Source: Armatimonadota bacterium
Lineage (GTDB): Bacteria > Armatimonadota > SYMT01
Assembly (NCBI GenBank): GCA_041690135.1
Contig: JAWLHY010000001.1
Span: 928,001-992,000 of the forward strand
Length of the DNA: 64,000 bases
Direction of reading: 5' to 3'
How positions within the stretch are numbered: the first letter of the stretch is position 1; the number at the start of each line of letters is the position of its first letter. The notes beneath the pieces were generated by a model. It saw only the letters and a list, made by a program, of their open reading frames with translations, had not been told where the DNA came from and did not search any database. This document shows, piece after piece, positions 9,292 through 19,386 of this stretch. The position numbers and the translations under genes are program-made.

Positions 9292-10032
9292 TTATATCCG
9301 TTTCATGGCATCCAACAGGGGGTGACTCTCCTGCGGCGGAGACGGCGCGAAGCCCTGGTCGAGCTGCACGATCGTTCCGTTCTCCGAGGTGCTGAGCCAG
9401 ACGCGGTCGACTAGGTCGAGCATCATTTTATAGCCCATCCCGAGCGACACTTTGGTGGAGAAACCCGGCTTCAGGATTGCGGCGGGTAGGAAATGCGAGG
9501 CAATGCCGGTGCCCCGGTCGGAGATCCGGACGCGGATTCCGTCGTCGGCTGCGAAGACCTGGCAGCGACCGTCCACCGCATGTTTGAGTGCATTTCCCAG
9601 CGCCTCGGCCGCTGCGAGCACCAGGTCCGTAATCCTCTCTTCGGGCATTCCCGCAGCCTGCGCGGCTCGCTGGATGGTTTTCCGCGCGGCGCCGAACTCC
9701 GTGCCGTTGGTGACCGGCAGATCGACGACTTCCCGGCCTACTTCTGGGATTTCCCCGCTCTCCACCAGTTCGAATTTTCCGTGGGTGACGGTGCGGATGA
9801 CCTCACGGTAGAACTGTTTCTTCTCCTCTTCCGCACGCAGCGTCTGCTCGTGAGCCTCCTCCAACTCGCGCACGAGGGAAGACAGCCGGTGAACGGTGAG
9901 CCGGAAAGTCTCCGCAAGCTCACGCAGTTCATCTCCTTCCGCGGCGGAGGGCGCCGTCGGCTGGTCCGGTTGCCGCTCGCGGCCCCGTGTCCGTAAGTTC
10001 GCCAGCTTCCGCTGTGCGCAAAGAGAGCTCAT
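9292..10032 (-). CDS. RsbW/SpoIIAB-like HATPase (anti-sigma-type kinase) with N-terminal coiled coil
   Basis: AAAEALGNALKHA (N box), ISDRGTGI (G1), GFSTKVSLGMG (G2); ATG at 10032 preceded by GAGGA. Confidence 0.75.
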   Translation of the reverse strand: MSSLCAQRKLANLRTRGRERQPDQPTAPSAAEGDELRELAETFRLTVHRLSSLVRELEEAHEQTLRAEEEKKQFYREVIRTVTHGKFELVESGEIPEVGREVVDLPVTNGTEFGAARKTIQRAAQAAGMPEERITDLVLAAAEALGNALKHAVDGRCQVFAADDGIRVRISDRGTGIASHFLPAAILKPGFSTKVSLGMGYKMMLDLVDRVWLSTSENGTIVQLDQGFAPSPPQESHPLLDAMKRI

Positions 10033-10224
10033 TCCTCGTTCCTCACCCGCCCGGCAGGGCTTCACCCCTTCACCGTACCCGCCGGTACCACAGTCTACAC
10101 TTACCCGGCGGGGTTCGGGTTTCCGTGTCCTCCCCGTGACAATTTTCCTGGACAACTTCCCGCCGGACCCGTACGCATCCGCCGGAGTTGGGTAATACAC
10201 AGCCGAGAAAAGGAAGACGCGTGC

Positions 10225-11400
10225 ATGAGCCTCCGGATGAAGCAGGCCCTGATTCTGCTGTTCGCCACCGTGCTGCCCTTTGCCCTGGGCTGGGCCGCGA
10301 TGGCGTTTATTGTCGCGCCGGCCTACCGGCAAGCGGTGCGGAGCGGTACGGAGGAAGCGGCGCGCCGCCTGGCGGAGAGTGCTTCCCGCGACCTGACGCG
10401 AGACGTCAGCCGGCTAGAGCGGCTGGCCGCCTGGATGGAGCTACGAAAACTGGTACGCCTTCCTCCGGTCGGCGTGGAAGAGGCGGCCCGGCTCGACCGG
10501 CAGTGGTCCCGTCTCCCCGCGAATTCGCCCGCCGTTGAGCGGGTGCTGGAGAACCCCGTTTCCCGCGAATTGCGCTGGCTACACGAGACGGATGCCGCTA
10601 CCGCGGAGATCATGGTGACTAACCGGGCCGGCCGGGTCGTTGCGGCCAGTGCCCATCCGGCCGATTTCATTCAATCCGACGAAGCCTGGTGGCGACAGGC
10701 GTATGCGGAGGGGCGGGGTCGAGTCTTCATCTCCGATCTCTTTCACGACCGGAATGCCGACGTGTGGGCCTTCGACATCGCCGTCCCGGTTTACGGCGAA
10801 GGGGCCGAAGGCTCCCCTGTGATCGGCGTGTTGAAGATGACCCTGGACGTCGGCCATGCCTTCAAAGACCTCCGAACCGCGCGGGTCGGGGAAGACGGCC
10901 AGGCATTGCTGGTGGATGCGAAGGGCCAGGTCCTGGTATCCCCGGATGAGACCGAGCCGCTGAGCCGCAACATCGACGGGGATGCCATCGGTCGCCTGCA
11001 GCAACAATGGGAAGGGAGTATGGTTCTGGGCACCGGTGAGGAGGCGCTGCTGACTTCCTGGTCCCGCGTGCCGATCCTCGACCGCCTCGACCAGCGCACC
11101 GCACAGGTTCCGCGCCTGTATGTGGTCACGCAGCGGAGCGCCGCGGCAGCCTTTGGACCGCTCCGTAGAGTCCACCAGTGGATGCTGTTGATCGGACTCG
11201 TCACCATTACATTTGCCGTGACCCTGGGCTATGTACTGGTCGATCGCCTGGTCGTTCGTCACATCCGGGTGCTGGCAGAGGGTATGCGGGAACTCTCACA
11301 GGGGAACTTCGAAAAGGCCGCGGCCATTGCCGACGACTTGCTGGGGTATTCCGAACCGGAACCGCCCAAACCGCAGCCGCGTGAGCGCGCCCCGGTGTAG
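10225..11400 (+). CDS. Two-TM Cache (dCache-like) sensor with partial HAMP and no output domain
   Basis: TM1, EIMVTNRAGRVVAAS..DFIQSDEAWW..FDIAVPV..IGVLK, TM2, HIRVLAEGMRELSQGNF, then stop. Confidence 0.75.
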   Translation: MSLRMKQALILLFATVLPFALGWAAMAFIVAPAYRQAVRSGTEEAARRLAESASRDLTRDVSRLERLAAWMELRKLVRLPPVGVEEAARLDRQWSRLPANSPAVERVLENPVSRELRWLHETDAATAEIMVTNRAGRVVAASAHPADFIQSDEAWWRQAYAEGRGRVFISDLFHDRNADVWAFDIAVPVYGEGAEGSPVIGVLKMTLDVGHAFKDLRTARVGEDGQALLVDAKGQVLVSPDETEPLSRNIDGDAIGRLQQQWEGSMVLGTGEEALLTSWSRVPILDRLDQRTAQVPRLYVVTQRSAAAAFGPLRRVHQWMLLIGLVTITFAVTLGYVLVDRLVVRHIRVLAEGMRELSQGNFEKAAAIADDLLGYSEPEPPKPQPRERAPV

Positions 11401-11591
11401 CCCACATCAGACGTGTCGGCCGAACGCTCGGATCGGCCCGGCCGGGTAGCCCGTCCGCAGGTGCCGGCGGCGCGCTCATGATGGCGGTGTGCCGCTGCGT
11501 GAAACCCGTGCGTTCCCACGTGGGACCGGTGCTCGGGTGTGCACCGACCCCACGTGCTTGCGGGGCGTCAACCTCCGGGTTCAATACCTGA

Positions 11592-12428
11592 TCAACCTCG
11601 CGTGATCACGGTTTCGAGGTACTCGGCCGCGATGGCGATAGGTCCATCTCCCCCGTTGCGATCATAGCGGCGGGCCAGACCCACGAGATCGCCCTGAAGT
11701 GCGTCGCGTTGGTCTTCGGGAAGCGCTTCAAAGGCGCGCAGGGTAGGACCGTAATACGTCCGAAAGAACTCGACGTTCTCTTCCGCCGAGCGGAAACGGA
11801 AGATGGCGGTGCGCGGGTAACTCACGATGGAGCTCGCCCCCACGCCAAAGAGCGTACGGAGGTAGTCCTCGTCGCCCCAGCGAATTGGCGGCTGCAGGCC
11901 CGGTGCCGGCGGGAGATAGCGAGAGAATAGCCGGAAGGTCTCACCAATGAACCCATCCGGAGTCCAGCTGGCGATGGCGATGCGTCCGCTGGGGCGGCAG
12001 ACGCGTAGCATTTCCGCAGCGGAACGTTTGTGGTTGGGAGCAAACATGACCCCGTAGATGGAGATCACCGCGTCGAACGACGCGTCCGGGAACGGCAGCT
12101 CCTCTGCGTCCCCCTCGACGAACTCGACCGACAGGTGTTCCGCGGCGGCGCGGAGCCGGCCTCGCTCCAGAAGGGCTGGGACATAGTCGAGGCCGACGGT
12201 GTCACAGCCGCGCCGAGCTGCCGCCAGTGCGGCATTCCCACTTCCGGTGGCTACATCCAGGACCCTCCACCCCGCCTGGAGATCGGCCGTTTCGCAAAGA
12301 TGCTCGGCCTGGTAAACGATGCGGGCGGCCACGACGGAGAAATCTCCACTACTCCAGGTTGCCTGCTGTTTCTGTTTGACGGCAGAGTAATCCGGGCCTG
12401 GAACTGTCACTGCTTCGTTAACGGACAT
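11592..12428 (-). CDS. Class I SAM-dependent methyltransferase
   Basis: VLDVATGSGNA, GDAEELPFPDASFD, GVMFAP. Confidence 0.9.
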   Translation of the reverse strand: MSVNEAVTVPGPDYSAVKQKQQATWSSGDFSVVAARIVYQAEHLCETADLQAGWRVLDVATGSGNAALAAARRGCDTVGLDYVPALLERGRLRAAAEHLSVEFVEGDAEELPFPDASFDAVISIYGVMFAPNHKRSAAEMLRVCRPSGRIAIASWTPDGFIGETFRLFSRYLPPAPGLQPPIRWGDEDYLRTLFGVGASSIVSYPRTAIFRFRSAEENVEFFRTYYGPTLRAFEALPEDQRDALQGDLVGLARRYDRNGGDGPIAIAAEYLETVITRG

Positions 12429-12454
12429 GGGAACCCTCCTTTGGGAGCATTTTT

Positions 12455-12472
12455 AGAACGACCGGTCGTTCT
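12455..12472. promoter_or_regulatory. Putative TetR operator
   Basis: Perfect 18-bp palindrome AGAACGACCGGTCGTTCT between the divergent methyltransferase and tetR genes. Confidence 0.75.
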
Positions 12473-12529
12473 TTCTACTCATAGGGCCGGGCGTGCTAGA
12501 ATGTCAATGGCGAACTTTCGTTACTACCT

Positions 12530-13195
12530 ATGGAAACCACCCAACTTTCCCCCCGCAAGCCCCGTATCGATGGTGTGGAGAGCCGACGCTCCATTCTCGA
12601 CGCAGCAGCTCGCCTGGCCACGACCCACGGCCTCCAGGGCCTCTCGATTGGCGAACTGGCGACGCACATCGGCATGAGCAAGAGCGGGCTCTACGCCCAC
12701 TTCAAGTCCAAAGAGGAACTCCTTCTGGCGACCATTGCGCGGGCCGCCGAGATCTTCGAAGAGGACGTAGCTCGCAACGTGCCCGTGGACGCCCACGGTC
12801 TCGCACGCGTCTTCGCGCTGTCCGAGGCCTTCCTCGATCATCTGGCGCGCCGCGTTTTTCCCGGAGGGTGCTTCTTTGCCACCACTTTTGCCGAGTTCGC
12901 GGTTCACCCGGGCCGGGTGCGCGATCGGATTCTGGAAGTCAAGGCGGTGTGGCTCGGCCAGTTCGTCGCCGCCCTCGAACAGGCACAATGCGCGGGTGAG
13001 ATAGCGGCGGACGCGGATGTGGAACAGCTGGTCTTCGAGATCACCTCGGTGCTGTTCAGCGCCAATTTCACCTGGATCATCAGCGAGGAGCCAGCCGTGC
13101 TGGAGCAGGCGCGTGTGGGGGTGAGGCACGCCCTGGAGCGCGTCAAAGTGCAGCCGCGTGACGAACGTTTGCCTGGTATACTCAAGCTGAGTTAA
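12530..13195 (+). CDS. TetR/AcrR family transcriptional regulator
   Basis: ILDAAARL..GLSIGELATHIGMSKSGLYAHFKSKEELL; GGCFF in the C-domain. Confidence 0.93.
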   Translation: METTQLSPRKPRIDGVESRRSILDAAARLATTHGLQGLSIGELATHIGMSKSGLYAHFKSKEELLLATIARAAEIFEEDVARNVPVDAHGLARVFALSEAFLDHLARRVFPGGCFFATTFAEFAVHPGRVRDRILEVKAVWLGQFVAALEQAQCAGEIAADADVEQLVFEITSVLFSANFTWIISEEPAVLEQARVGVRHALERVKVQPRDERLPGILKLS

Positions 13196-13212
13196 CTGCA
13201 AGGAGAACCAGC

Positions 13213-14184
13213 ATGTATGCCGTGGGAGTGTTCGAGGGGAAGAGCCGGGTCGACCCAAAGGCGGGCCCCCGCACGCTGAGCGGATGGCTGGAAAACCAGG
13301 CGGAGGATACCTGGGTAGACCTTCAAGAACCCGCCGCTGAAGAGCTGACCTTTATCGAGGACCGGTACGGCGTGCATCCTCTCACGGCCGAGGAATGCGG
13401 GCACACCGGGGTCCGTCCCAAGATCGAGGAGTACGACGACCACCTTTACATCGTGCTCCACGGGATCAATCACAACGAGGGGCAGGATGCGCTGAACACC
13501 GTGGAATTCAAGTTCTTCCTCTGGAAGAACCGCCTGATTACCGTCCACGACAAGCCCAGCAGCAGCATCCGGGCCGCGCAGGAGCGCGTGAAGCGAGATT
13601 CCCACTTCCTGGCGCGGAACGGCGTAGACTCGGTCCTCCACGTGATCATCGATGCGGTCGTCGATCACTACTTCCCGGTCCTGGAGGGCCTCGAAAGCCA
13701 GCTCCTCAAACTGGAAGGAGAAGTGCTTCGCGACGCCGCTCCTTCCATGCTGGAGGACTCCGTCCGCCTGGAGCGGGCCCTGCTGACCCTTCAGCGGCTC
13801 ACCCACGCGCAGCTCGATGTGCTGGGCGCCCTCTCCTCCGGGCGGTATAGCCAGATCGACCCGCAGGATCTTGCTTACTTCCACGACGTGCACGACCACC
13901 TGCACCGGATCAGCGAGCGGGTCCATACCGCGCGGGAAGTGCTGGCGGGCATCCGGCAGTGCTACCTGTCGCAGGTCTCGAACCGGACCAACAACGTGAT
14001 GAAGACCCTGGCCGTGGTGGCGACGATGCTGATGCCCGCGACCTTCGTCACGAGCCTGCTGGGGATGAACCTGACCCACATGCCGGGCCGCGACAACCCG
14101 GAGACCTTCTGGTGGATCACCGGCGGCGCGCTGGCCGCGAGCCTCCTAAGCCTCGGCGTCATGAAGCGCCTTCGCTGGCTCTAG
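13213..14184 (+). CDS. corA: CorA-family Mg2+/Co2+ transporter
   Basis: WVDL, HPLTAEE, RPKIEEY, NNVMKTL, GMN signature, two C-terminal TMs. Confidence 0.9.
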   Translation: MYAVGVFEGKSRVDPKAGPRTLSGWLENQAEDTWVDLQEPAAEELTFIEDRYGVHPLTAEECGHTGVRPKIEEYDDHLYIVLHGINHNEGQDALNTVEFKFFLWKNRLITVHDKPSSSIRAAQERVKRDSHFLARNGVDSVLHVIIDAVVDHYFPVLEGLESQLLKLEGEVLRDAAPSMLEDSVRLERALLTLQRLTHAQLDVLGALSSGRYSQIDPQDLAYFHDVHDHLHRISERVHTAREVLAGIRQCYLSQVSNRTNNVMKTLAVVATMLMPATFVTSLLGMNLTHMPGRDNPETFWWITGGALAASLLSLGVMKRLRWL

Positions 14185-14188
14185 GAAC

Positions 14189-16834
14189 CTATTGCGCGGC
14201 CCTCTTCTGGAGTTGGTATAGCAGAGTCAACGCCTCGATGGGCGTGGTGGTGGTCAGGTCCAGCTTGCGGAGTTCTTCCAGCACCGGGTTCTCCTCCACT
14301 TCGAACAGGTTCAACTGCACCCGCTTCCGGCTTTCCGTGATTCGCGCTTGCTGCGTCGGGAGTCCGCCGTTGACGCCCCCGCTAGAGGCTTCCAGATCCG
14401 CGAGTACTTCCCGCGCTCGGGTGATCACTTCATCCGGCAGGCCGGCCAGCCGCGCCACCTGGATCCCGTAGCTCCGATCGGTGCCGCCGGGAATGATCTT
14501 CCGCAGCCAGACGATGTGGTGCCCATCTTCCTTGACCGCCGCCCGGTAGTTCTTGACTCCCGGAAGCCGGTCGGCGAGGTCGTTGAGGTGGTGGTAGTGC
14601 GTGGCAAAGAGCGTCCGCGCCCCCACCTGCTGTAGATACTCCGCCACGGACCAGGCGATGGAAAGCCCATCGTAAGTGCTGGTGCCCCGGCCGATCTCGT
14701 CCAGGATCACCAGGCTGCGGTCTGTGACGTTGTTCAGGATATTGGCCGTTTCATTCATCTCCACCATGAAGGTGGACTGCCCGCTGGCCAGGTCGTCGTG
14801 CGCCCCCACGCGGGTGAAGATCCGGTCCACCACCCCGATCTGCGCCGCATCCGCGGGGACGAAGGAGCCGGCCTGCGCGAGGAGAACGATGAGCGCCACT
14901 TGCCGCAAATAGGTGGATTTCCCGGCCATGTTCGGACCGGTGATGATCAGCATCCGGTTCTCGCTGGTATCCAGCAGCGCGTCGTTCGGAACGAACGGCT
15001 CGGTGCCCAGCTTCTCCACCACGGGGTGCCGGCCGTTGCGGATCTGGATCACCTCTCCCCCATCCACTGCGGGACGCACGTACCCGCCGCGTACGGCCGC
15101 CTCGGCGTAAGAAGTGAGAACATCCACCTCCGCGGTAGCTCCCGCCACGTCGAGGATGCGTCCCGCTTCCGCGCCGATCCGGTCCCGCAGCTCCGTGAAG
15201 AGGCGGACCTCCATGTCCTGCATCTTCTCTTCCGCCCCGAGAATCAACGCTTCCCGCTCCTTCAATTCCGGCGTGTAGTAGCGCTCGGCGTTGGCGGTGG
15301 TCTGCTTCCGGTGGTATTCCGCAGGTACCAGGTGGACGTTCGGTTTCGTGACCTCGATGTAGTAGCCGAAGACGCTGTTGTACCCCACCTTGAGGCTCTT
15401 GATCCCGGTCCGCTCGCGCTCCTGCGTCTCCAGGTTGGCGATCCACTCCTTACCCTCGGTGGAGGCCCGCCGCAGCTCGTCGAGCTGCGGAGAGTACCCT
15501 TCCCGGATCATCCCTCCGTCACGAATGCTGGCGGGCGGCTCGTCGACCAGCCCGGCATCCAGCAGCGCCGCCAGCTCGTCCAGCGGCTCCAGGCGCTCCG
15601 AGAGTTCAGAAAGGTAGACCGAACGGCACTGTGCCACCAGCTCCTTCAACTCCGGAATCCGGTGCAGGGAGCCGCGCAGGGAGCCGAGGTCGCGCGGGTT
15701 GGCGGAGCCCGTGGCGCACCGGCTGGCCAGGCGCTCGAGGTCGCTCACCTGCCCCAGGCGCTCTCGCAGGTCCCCCCGCAGCAGCGCGCTTTCGGTCAGT
15801 TCCTCCACGGCGTCCTGGCGCTCGTTGATCCGGATCGGGTCCAGCAGCGGCTGCTCCAACCACTTGCGCAAGAGGCGCCCCCCCATGGGAGTGGAACTCT
15901 GATCCACCACCGAGAGGACCGTCCTCGCCCGGCCGCCGTCCCACATCGACTGGGTGAGTTCCAGGTTCCGCCGGGCGGTCGGGTCGAGGAGCATGAACTC
16001 CGATACGGCGTAGGTCGTGAGCCCCCGGATGTGCTTCGCCGCTTCGATCTGGCGCTTTCCCAGGTAATCCAGCACGGTCCGTGCCGCTTCCACCGCGTGC
16101 GGGAGTTCCTCGCAGCCGAATCCCCGCAGGGACTGCACCGCGAAGTGATCCAGCAGTACCTGGCGCGCCGTCTTCCGGTTGAACGGATCGGCCGTGATGG
16201 GACTGACGGTCCAGGACCTTCCCTCCGTGAGCCATCCTTCCCAGGCCGCCATCAGGTTTTCCGGGAGGAGGAGTTCGCGGGGCGAGAGGCGATCCAGCTC
16301 ATCCGAGAGGCGGCGCGCAGCGTCCGCTCCTTCGATCTGCGTGACCGCGAACTCGCCGGTGGAGATATCGCAGACCGCCAGGCCGAACGCGCCCACCCCT
16401 TCCCCGCCCGCCGCACCCGGCTGCGAGGCCGACACGGAGGCGAGATAGCTGTTCGCCTTCGCGTCGAGCATCGCGTCTTCGAGGACGGTGCCCGGCGTGA
16501 TCACGCGCGTGACCTTCCGCTTGACGATCCCTTTGGCGAAGCGGGGGTCCTCGACCTGTTCGCAGAGCGCCACCCGATGTCCCGCCGCGATCAGCCGCGC
16601 CACGTAGCGGTCTACGGCATGGAACGGCACGCCGCACATCGGAATCCGCTCGCCCTGCACGTAGTCCCGGGAAGTCAGGGTGATCTGGAGCGCCTGCGCC
16701 GCCACCTCCGCGTCTTCCCCGAACATCTCGTAGAAGTCGCCGAGCCGGAACATCAGGATCACGTCCGCGTACTGCTTCTTGATCTCCCAGTACTGGCGGA
16801 AAAGCGGGGTCAACTGGTCGGAGGCAGGAGGCAT
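14189..16834 (-). CDS. mutS: DNA mismatch repair protein MutS
   Basis: FRLGDFYEMF, PMCGVP, TGPNMAGKSTYLRQ, STFMVEM, DEIGRGTST, SYGIQVARLAGLP. Confidence 0.99.
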   Translation of the reverse strand: MPPASDQLTPLFRQYWEIKKQYADVILMFRLGDFYEMFGEDAEVAAQALQITLTSRDYVQGERIPMCGVPFHAVDRYVARLIAAGHRVALCEQVEDPRFAKGIVKRKVTRVITPGTVLEDAMLDAKANSYLASVSASQPGAAGGEGVGAFGLAVCDISTGEFAVTQIEGADAARRLSDELDRLSPRELLLPENLMAAWEGWLTEGRSWTVSPITADPFNRKTARQVLLDHFAVQSLRGFGCEELPHAVEAARTVLDYLGKRQIEAAKHIRGLTTYAVSEFMLLDPTARRNLELTQSMWDGGRARTVLSVVDQSSTPMGGRLLRKWLEQPLLDPIRINERQDAVEELTESALLRGDLRERLGQVSDLERLASRCATGSANPRDLGSLRGSLHRIPELKELVAQCRSVYLSELSERLEPLDELAALLDAGLVDEPPASIRDGGMIREGYSPQLDELRRASTEGKEWIANLETQERERTGIKSLKVGYNSVFGYYIEVTKPNVHLVPAEYHRKQTTANAERYYTPELKEREALILGAEEKMQDMEVRLFTELRDRIGAEAGRILDVAGATAEVDVLTSYAEAAVRGGYVRPAVDGGEVIQIRNGRHPVVEKLGTEPFVPNDALLDTSENRMLIITGPNMAGKSTYLRQVALIVLLAQAGSFVPADAAQIGVVDRIFTRVGAHDDLASGQSTFMVEMNETANILNNVTDRSLVILDEIGRGTSTYDGLSIAWSVAEYLQQVGARTLFATHYHHLNDLADRLPGVKNYRAAVKEDGHHIVWLRKIIPGGTDRSYGIQVARLAGLPDEVITRAREVLADLEASSGGVNGGLPTQQARITESRKRVQLNLFEVEENPVLEELRKLDLTTTTPIEALTLLYQLQKRAAQ

Positions 16835-16975
16835 GGCTGTTCAATCCAGGCTGCGGGTGGAGATGGCAGCCTTCCTTATTAAGCCATGAATCGAGCGCGA
16901 TGAGAAGAAAGTGCCCGGTTCGCGCTCACGGAATGAAGGGTCTCTGCACTTCTACCGTTTGTCCCGGCGGCTCCC

Positions 16976-17803
16976 TCAAAGGGCATGGCCGCCAGCCACC
17001 TGCACCACCTGGCCCGTCATCCAGCGCGCCTGCTCCGAAGCGAGAAACAGGATCACATTGGCGATCTCTTCCGGGGTACCGATCCGCCGGAGCGGAATGG
17101 ATGGCAGCAGGGCTTGTTCGAGGTCGCGAGGGATATAGCCGGTCTGCACTGGTCCCGGCGCCACCGCATTGACCGTAATTCCCAGTGGCCCCACCTCAAT
17201 AGCTACGCTCCGGGTGAGAGCCTCCACCGCGGCCTTACTCGCTCCGTAGGCGATCTGACCGGCAAAAGCACGCGCTGCATCGGTGCTCAGGTTGATGATC
17301 CGGCCCCAGGAAGCCTCGCGAGCCTGGTACCGGCGGACGTACTCGGCGCTCATCAGCGCGGTGGCGCGCGCGTTGACCGCAAAGGTACGGTCCAACCCCG
17401 CAGCGGTCGTGGTGAACACGGTGTCCTGCTCCTCGTAGTGGGCTGCGTTGTTCACCAGCACCTCCACCGGCCCCAAGGTGCTCTCGACCCAGTCGAACAG
17501 GCGCGGGATCTCGCCCGGCTGGGAGAGGTCCGCTTCCAGCCCCACACACTCATCTCCCACCTCTCGGATGGCCGCGATCACTTCGCCGGCATCCCGCGCA
17601 CGCAAGGCATGGTACAACGGCAAACCCGGCTCCTCCGGGGTATTACCTGGCGCTGCGCCCGGCGGAGCCTCCATCCGCCGGTAGGTGACGGCTACCCGCG
17701 CTCCCTGGCGGGCGAAGGCCCGGGCAGTGGCCGCCCCGATTCCCTGGAGGTTATTCGCACCCGAGATCAACACGACCCGTCCCGCCAGTCCCGGATCGAT
17801 CAT
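16976..17803 (-). CDS. SDR family oxidoreductase
   Basis: SGANNLQGIG, VNNAA, YGASK, VAPGPVQTG. Confidence 0.9.
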   Translation of the reverse strand: MIDPGLAGRVVLISGANNLQGIGAATARAFARQGARVAVTYRRMEAPPGAAPGNTPEEPGLPLYHALRARDAGEVIAAIREVGDECVGLEADLSQPGEIPRLFDWVESTLGPVEVLVNNAAHYEEQDTVFTTTAAGLDRTFAVNARATALMSAEYVRRYQAREASWGRIINLSTDAARAFAGQIAYGASKAAVEALTRSVAIEVGPLGITVNAVAPGPVQTGYIPRDLEQALLPSIPLRRIGTPEEIANVILFLASEQARWMTGQVVQVAGGHAL

Positions 17804-17819
17804 CCTTCTACTTCCACCG

Positions 17820-18770
17820 TCACAATCCGCGACCTGCTCCGACCGTCAGCACGTCCTCACGCGGGGATTCCCCACGCGGAACCGTGGTATCTTCCTCCGA
17901 CTGGGCGGAGAGGACTTCCGTTAAGGCGTCTAGCGTGGCAGAGACTTCCCGGAACTGCTCCTGGGCAGCCGTACCAACCGAGCGGTTCGCCGACAGGGCG
18001 GAGAAGGCGCGGGTGAGCTTAGCTTCCGTTTGCACGAACACTTCGGCGGCCGCTGCGAACTGCCGCACCTGCGCTTCCAGATGAGCGGCCGTCTCGGCTC
18101 GAACCGGGGAGGAGCCCTCCCCAACTCGCTGCACACGCACCGCCACCAACTGGAGCCTGCGTGCCCAGTCGAGCAGATCGAGCAGGCGCTTTGAAGTGTC
18201 GGTTAGTAGGTCTTTTACGGGAATGCCCGTCCTTTGCCAAACCGGCTCGGCAGCGAGAGCCCGCATGGAGAAGTAGGCTTCCAGCGCCTCGTCCAGAGGC
18301 TCCGCCAGCGACTCCGAAACGGATCCCAGCGCCGCACAAGCTTCCAGCAACCGCCGATAGAGTGGGTCCCCGCGGAAGTGTCGCTTCGTGAGTGCCTCCA
18401 GGCCGCGAGTTGTGAGATAGGTCAGGGGAGCGCTCAGGCCCATCGCCGCCAGGAAGGCCGGAGCACCCACTTCATGGCCGTTAGGACCTCCGAGGGCGAC
18501 GGCTGCAATGACTCCCAGCGGGATGCCAGGGATCAGGGGCGAAATGCGGGTTGCGAAGCCACGGACCTGAGCCCACGCATCGGTAAGCTTCGCCTCCGCC
18601 TTTTGCAACTCCGCGGCCTTCTTCTGGAGGCGATCGAGAGTCGGATGGCCGGAGGGCGGTGGTGCGTGCGAGGGGGCAACTCCGGCAGGACTGGTCGAAT
18701 GACGCACGGGTTGATCCGCGAAAGAGGCTCCGATTTCCAGGACTTCCATCGGCTCCGGCACGGAAGCCAT
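17820..18770 (-). CDS. Hypothetical membrane protein with coiled-coil regions
   Basis: 316-aa ORF filling the gap between same-strand genes; two hydrophobic segments. Confidence 0.65.
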   Translation of the reverse strand: MASVPEPMEVLEIGASFADQPVRHSTSPAGVAPSHAPPPSGHPTLDRLQKKAAELQKAEAKLTDAWAQVRGFATRISPLIPGIPLGVIAAVALGGPNGHEVGAPAFLAAMGLSAPLTYLTTRGLEALTKRHFRGDPLYRRLLEACAALGSVSESLAEPLDEALEAYFSMRALAAEPVWQRTGIPVKDLLTDTSKRLLDLLDWARRLQLVAVRVQRVGEGSSPVRAETAAHLEAQVRQFAAAAEVFVQTEAKLTRAFSALSANRSVGTAAQEQFREVSATLDALTEVLSAQSEEDTTVPRGESPREDVLTVGAGRGL

Positions 18771-18834
18771 GCGTTCCGGAGGCCAAGATGCGAACAGTAT
18801 ATCAGAAGCCTTGCCGTCCCTATCCTAATCGCAA

Positions 18835-19386
18835 TCATCCATATTCGACCGCAGGCCCTTCATCCTTCCAAAGCGGGGGCATCGGCTGCGGCCCTTCCCG
18901 CAGAACCGCGGTCTCGAACGCCAGCAGGGCCTGTTTGCAGGGCAGGCCACCTCCGTAGCCGGTAAGGGAGCCGTTCGCGCCGATGACCCGGTGGCACGGC
19001 ACGATGATGGAGATCGGGTTGCGACCGTTCGCGAGCCCCACCGCGCGGCAGGCCTTGGGGTTTCCCACCTCTCCGGCAAGTTGCCCATAGCTCCAGGTGG
19101 CTCCGTAGGGAATCTTTGTTAGGATCTCCCACACGCGTTGTTGAAACGGGGTCCCCCGCCCGCCCAGTGGCACGTCGAACGACTGCCGTTCGCCCCGGAA
19201 GTACTCCGAGAGCTGCTCCCCCACGCGGGAGAACAGGGGGTGTGCGTCGTCGCGCCGCCAGTCAGGGCCCATGGAAGGTCCGTGGCGGGGATCGGGCAGG
19301 TAGAGACCGGTAAGCCGGTCACCGTCCGTCAGCAGCAGCAGTTCCCCCACGGGACTCGCGTATCGGGTGTAACAGGTATGGCTCAT
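18835..19386 (-). CDS. ogt: Methylated-DNA--protein-cysteine methyltransferase
   Basis: GTPFQQRVW, IPYG, RAVGLANGRNP, IVPCHRVIG active site; ATGA overlap with alkA. Confidence 0.95.
   Translation of the reverse strand: MSHTCYTRYASPVGELLLLTDGDRLTGLYLPDPRHGPSMGPDWRRDDAHPLFSRVGEQLSEYFRGERQSFDVPLGGRGTPFQQRVWEILTKIPYGATWSYGQLAGEVGNPKACRAVGLANGRNPISIIVPCHRVIGANGSLTGYGGGLPCKQALLAFETAVLREGPQPMPPLWKDEGPAVEYG

Noticed and set aside
14798-16882. 694-aa plus-strand ORF
   Set aside because: Antisense shadow of mutS, as expected from high-GC codon bias.
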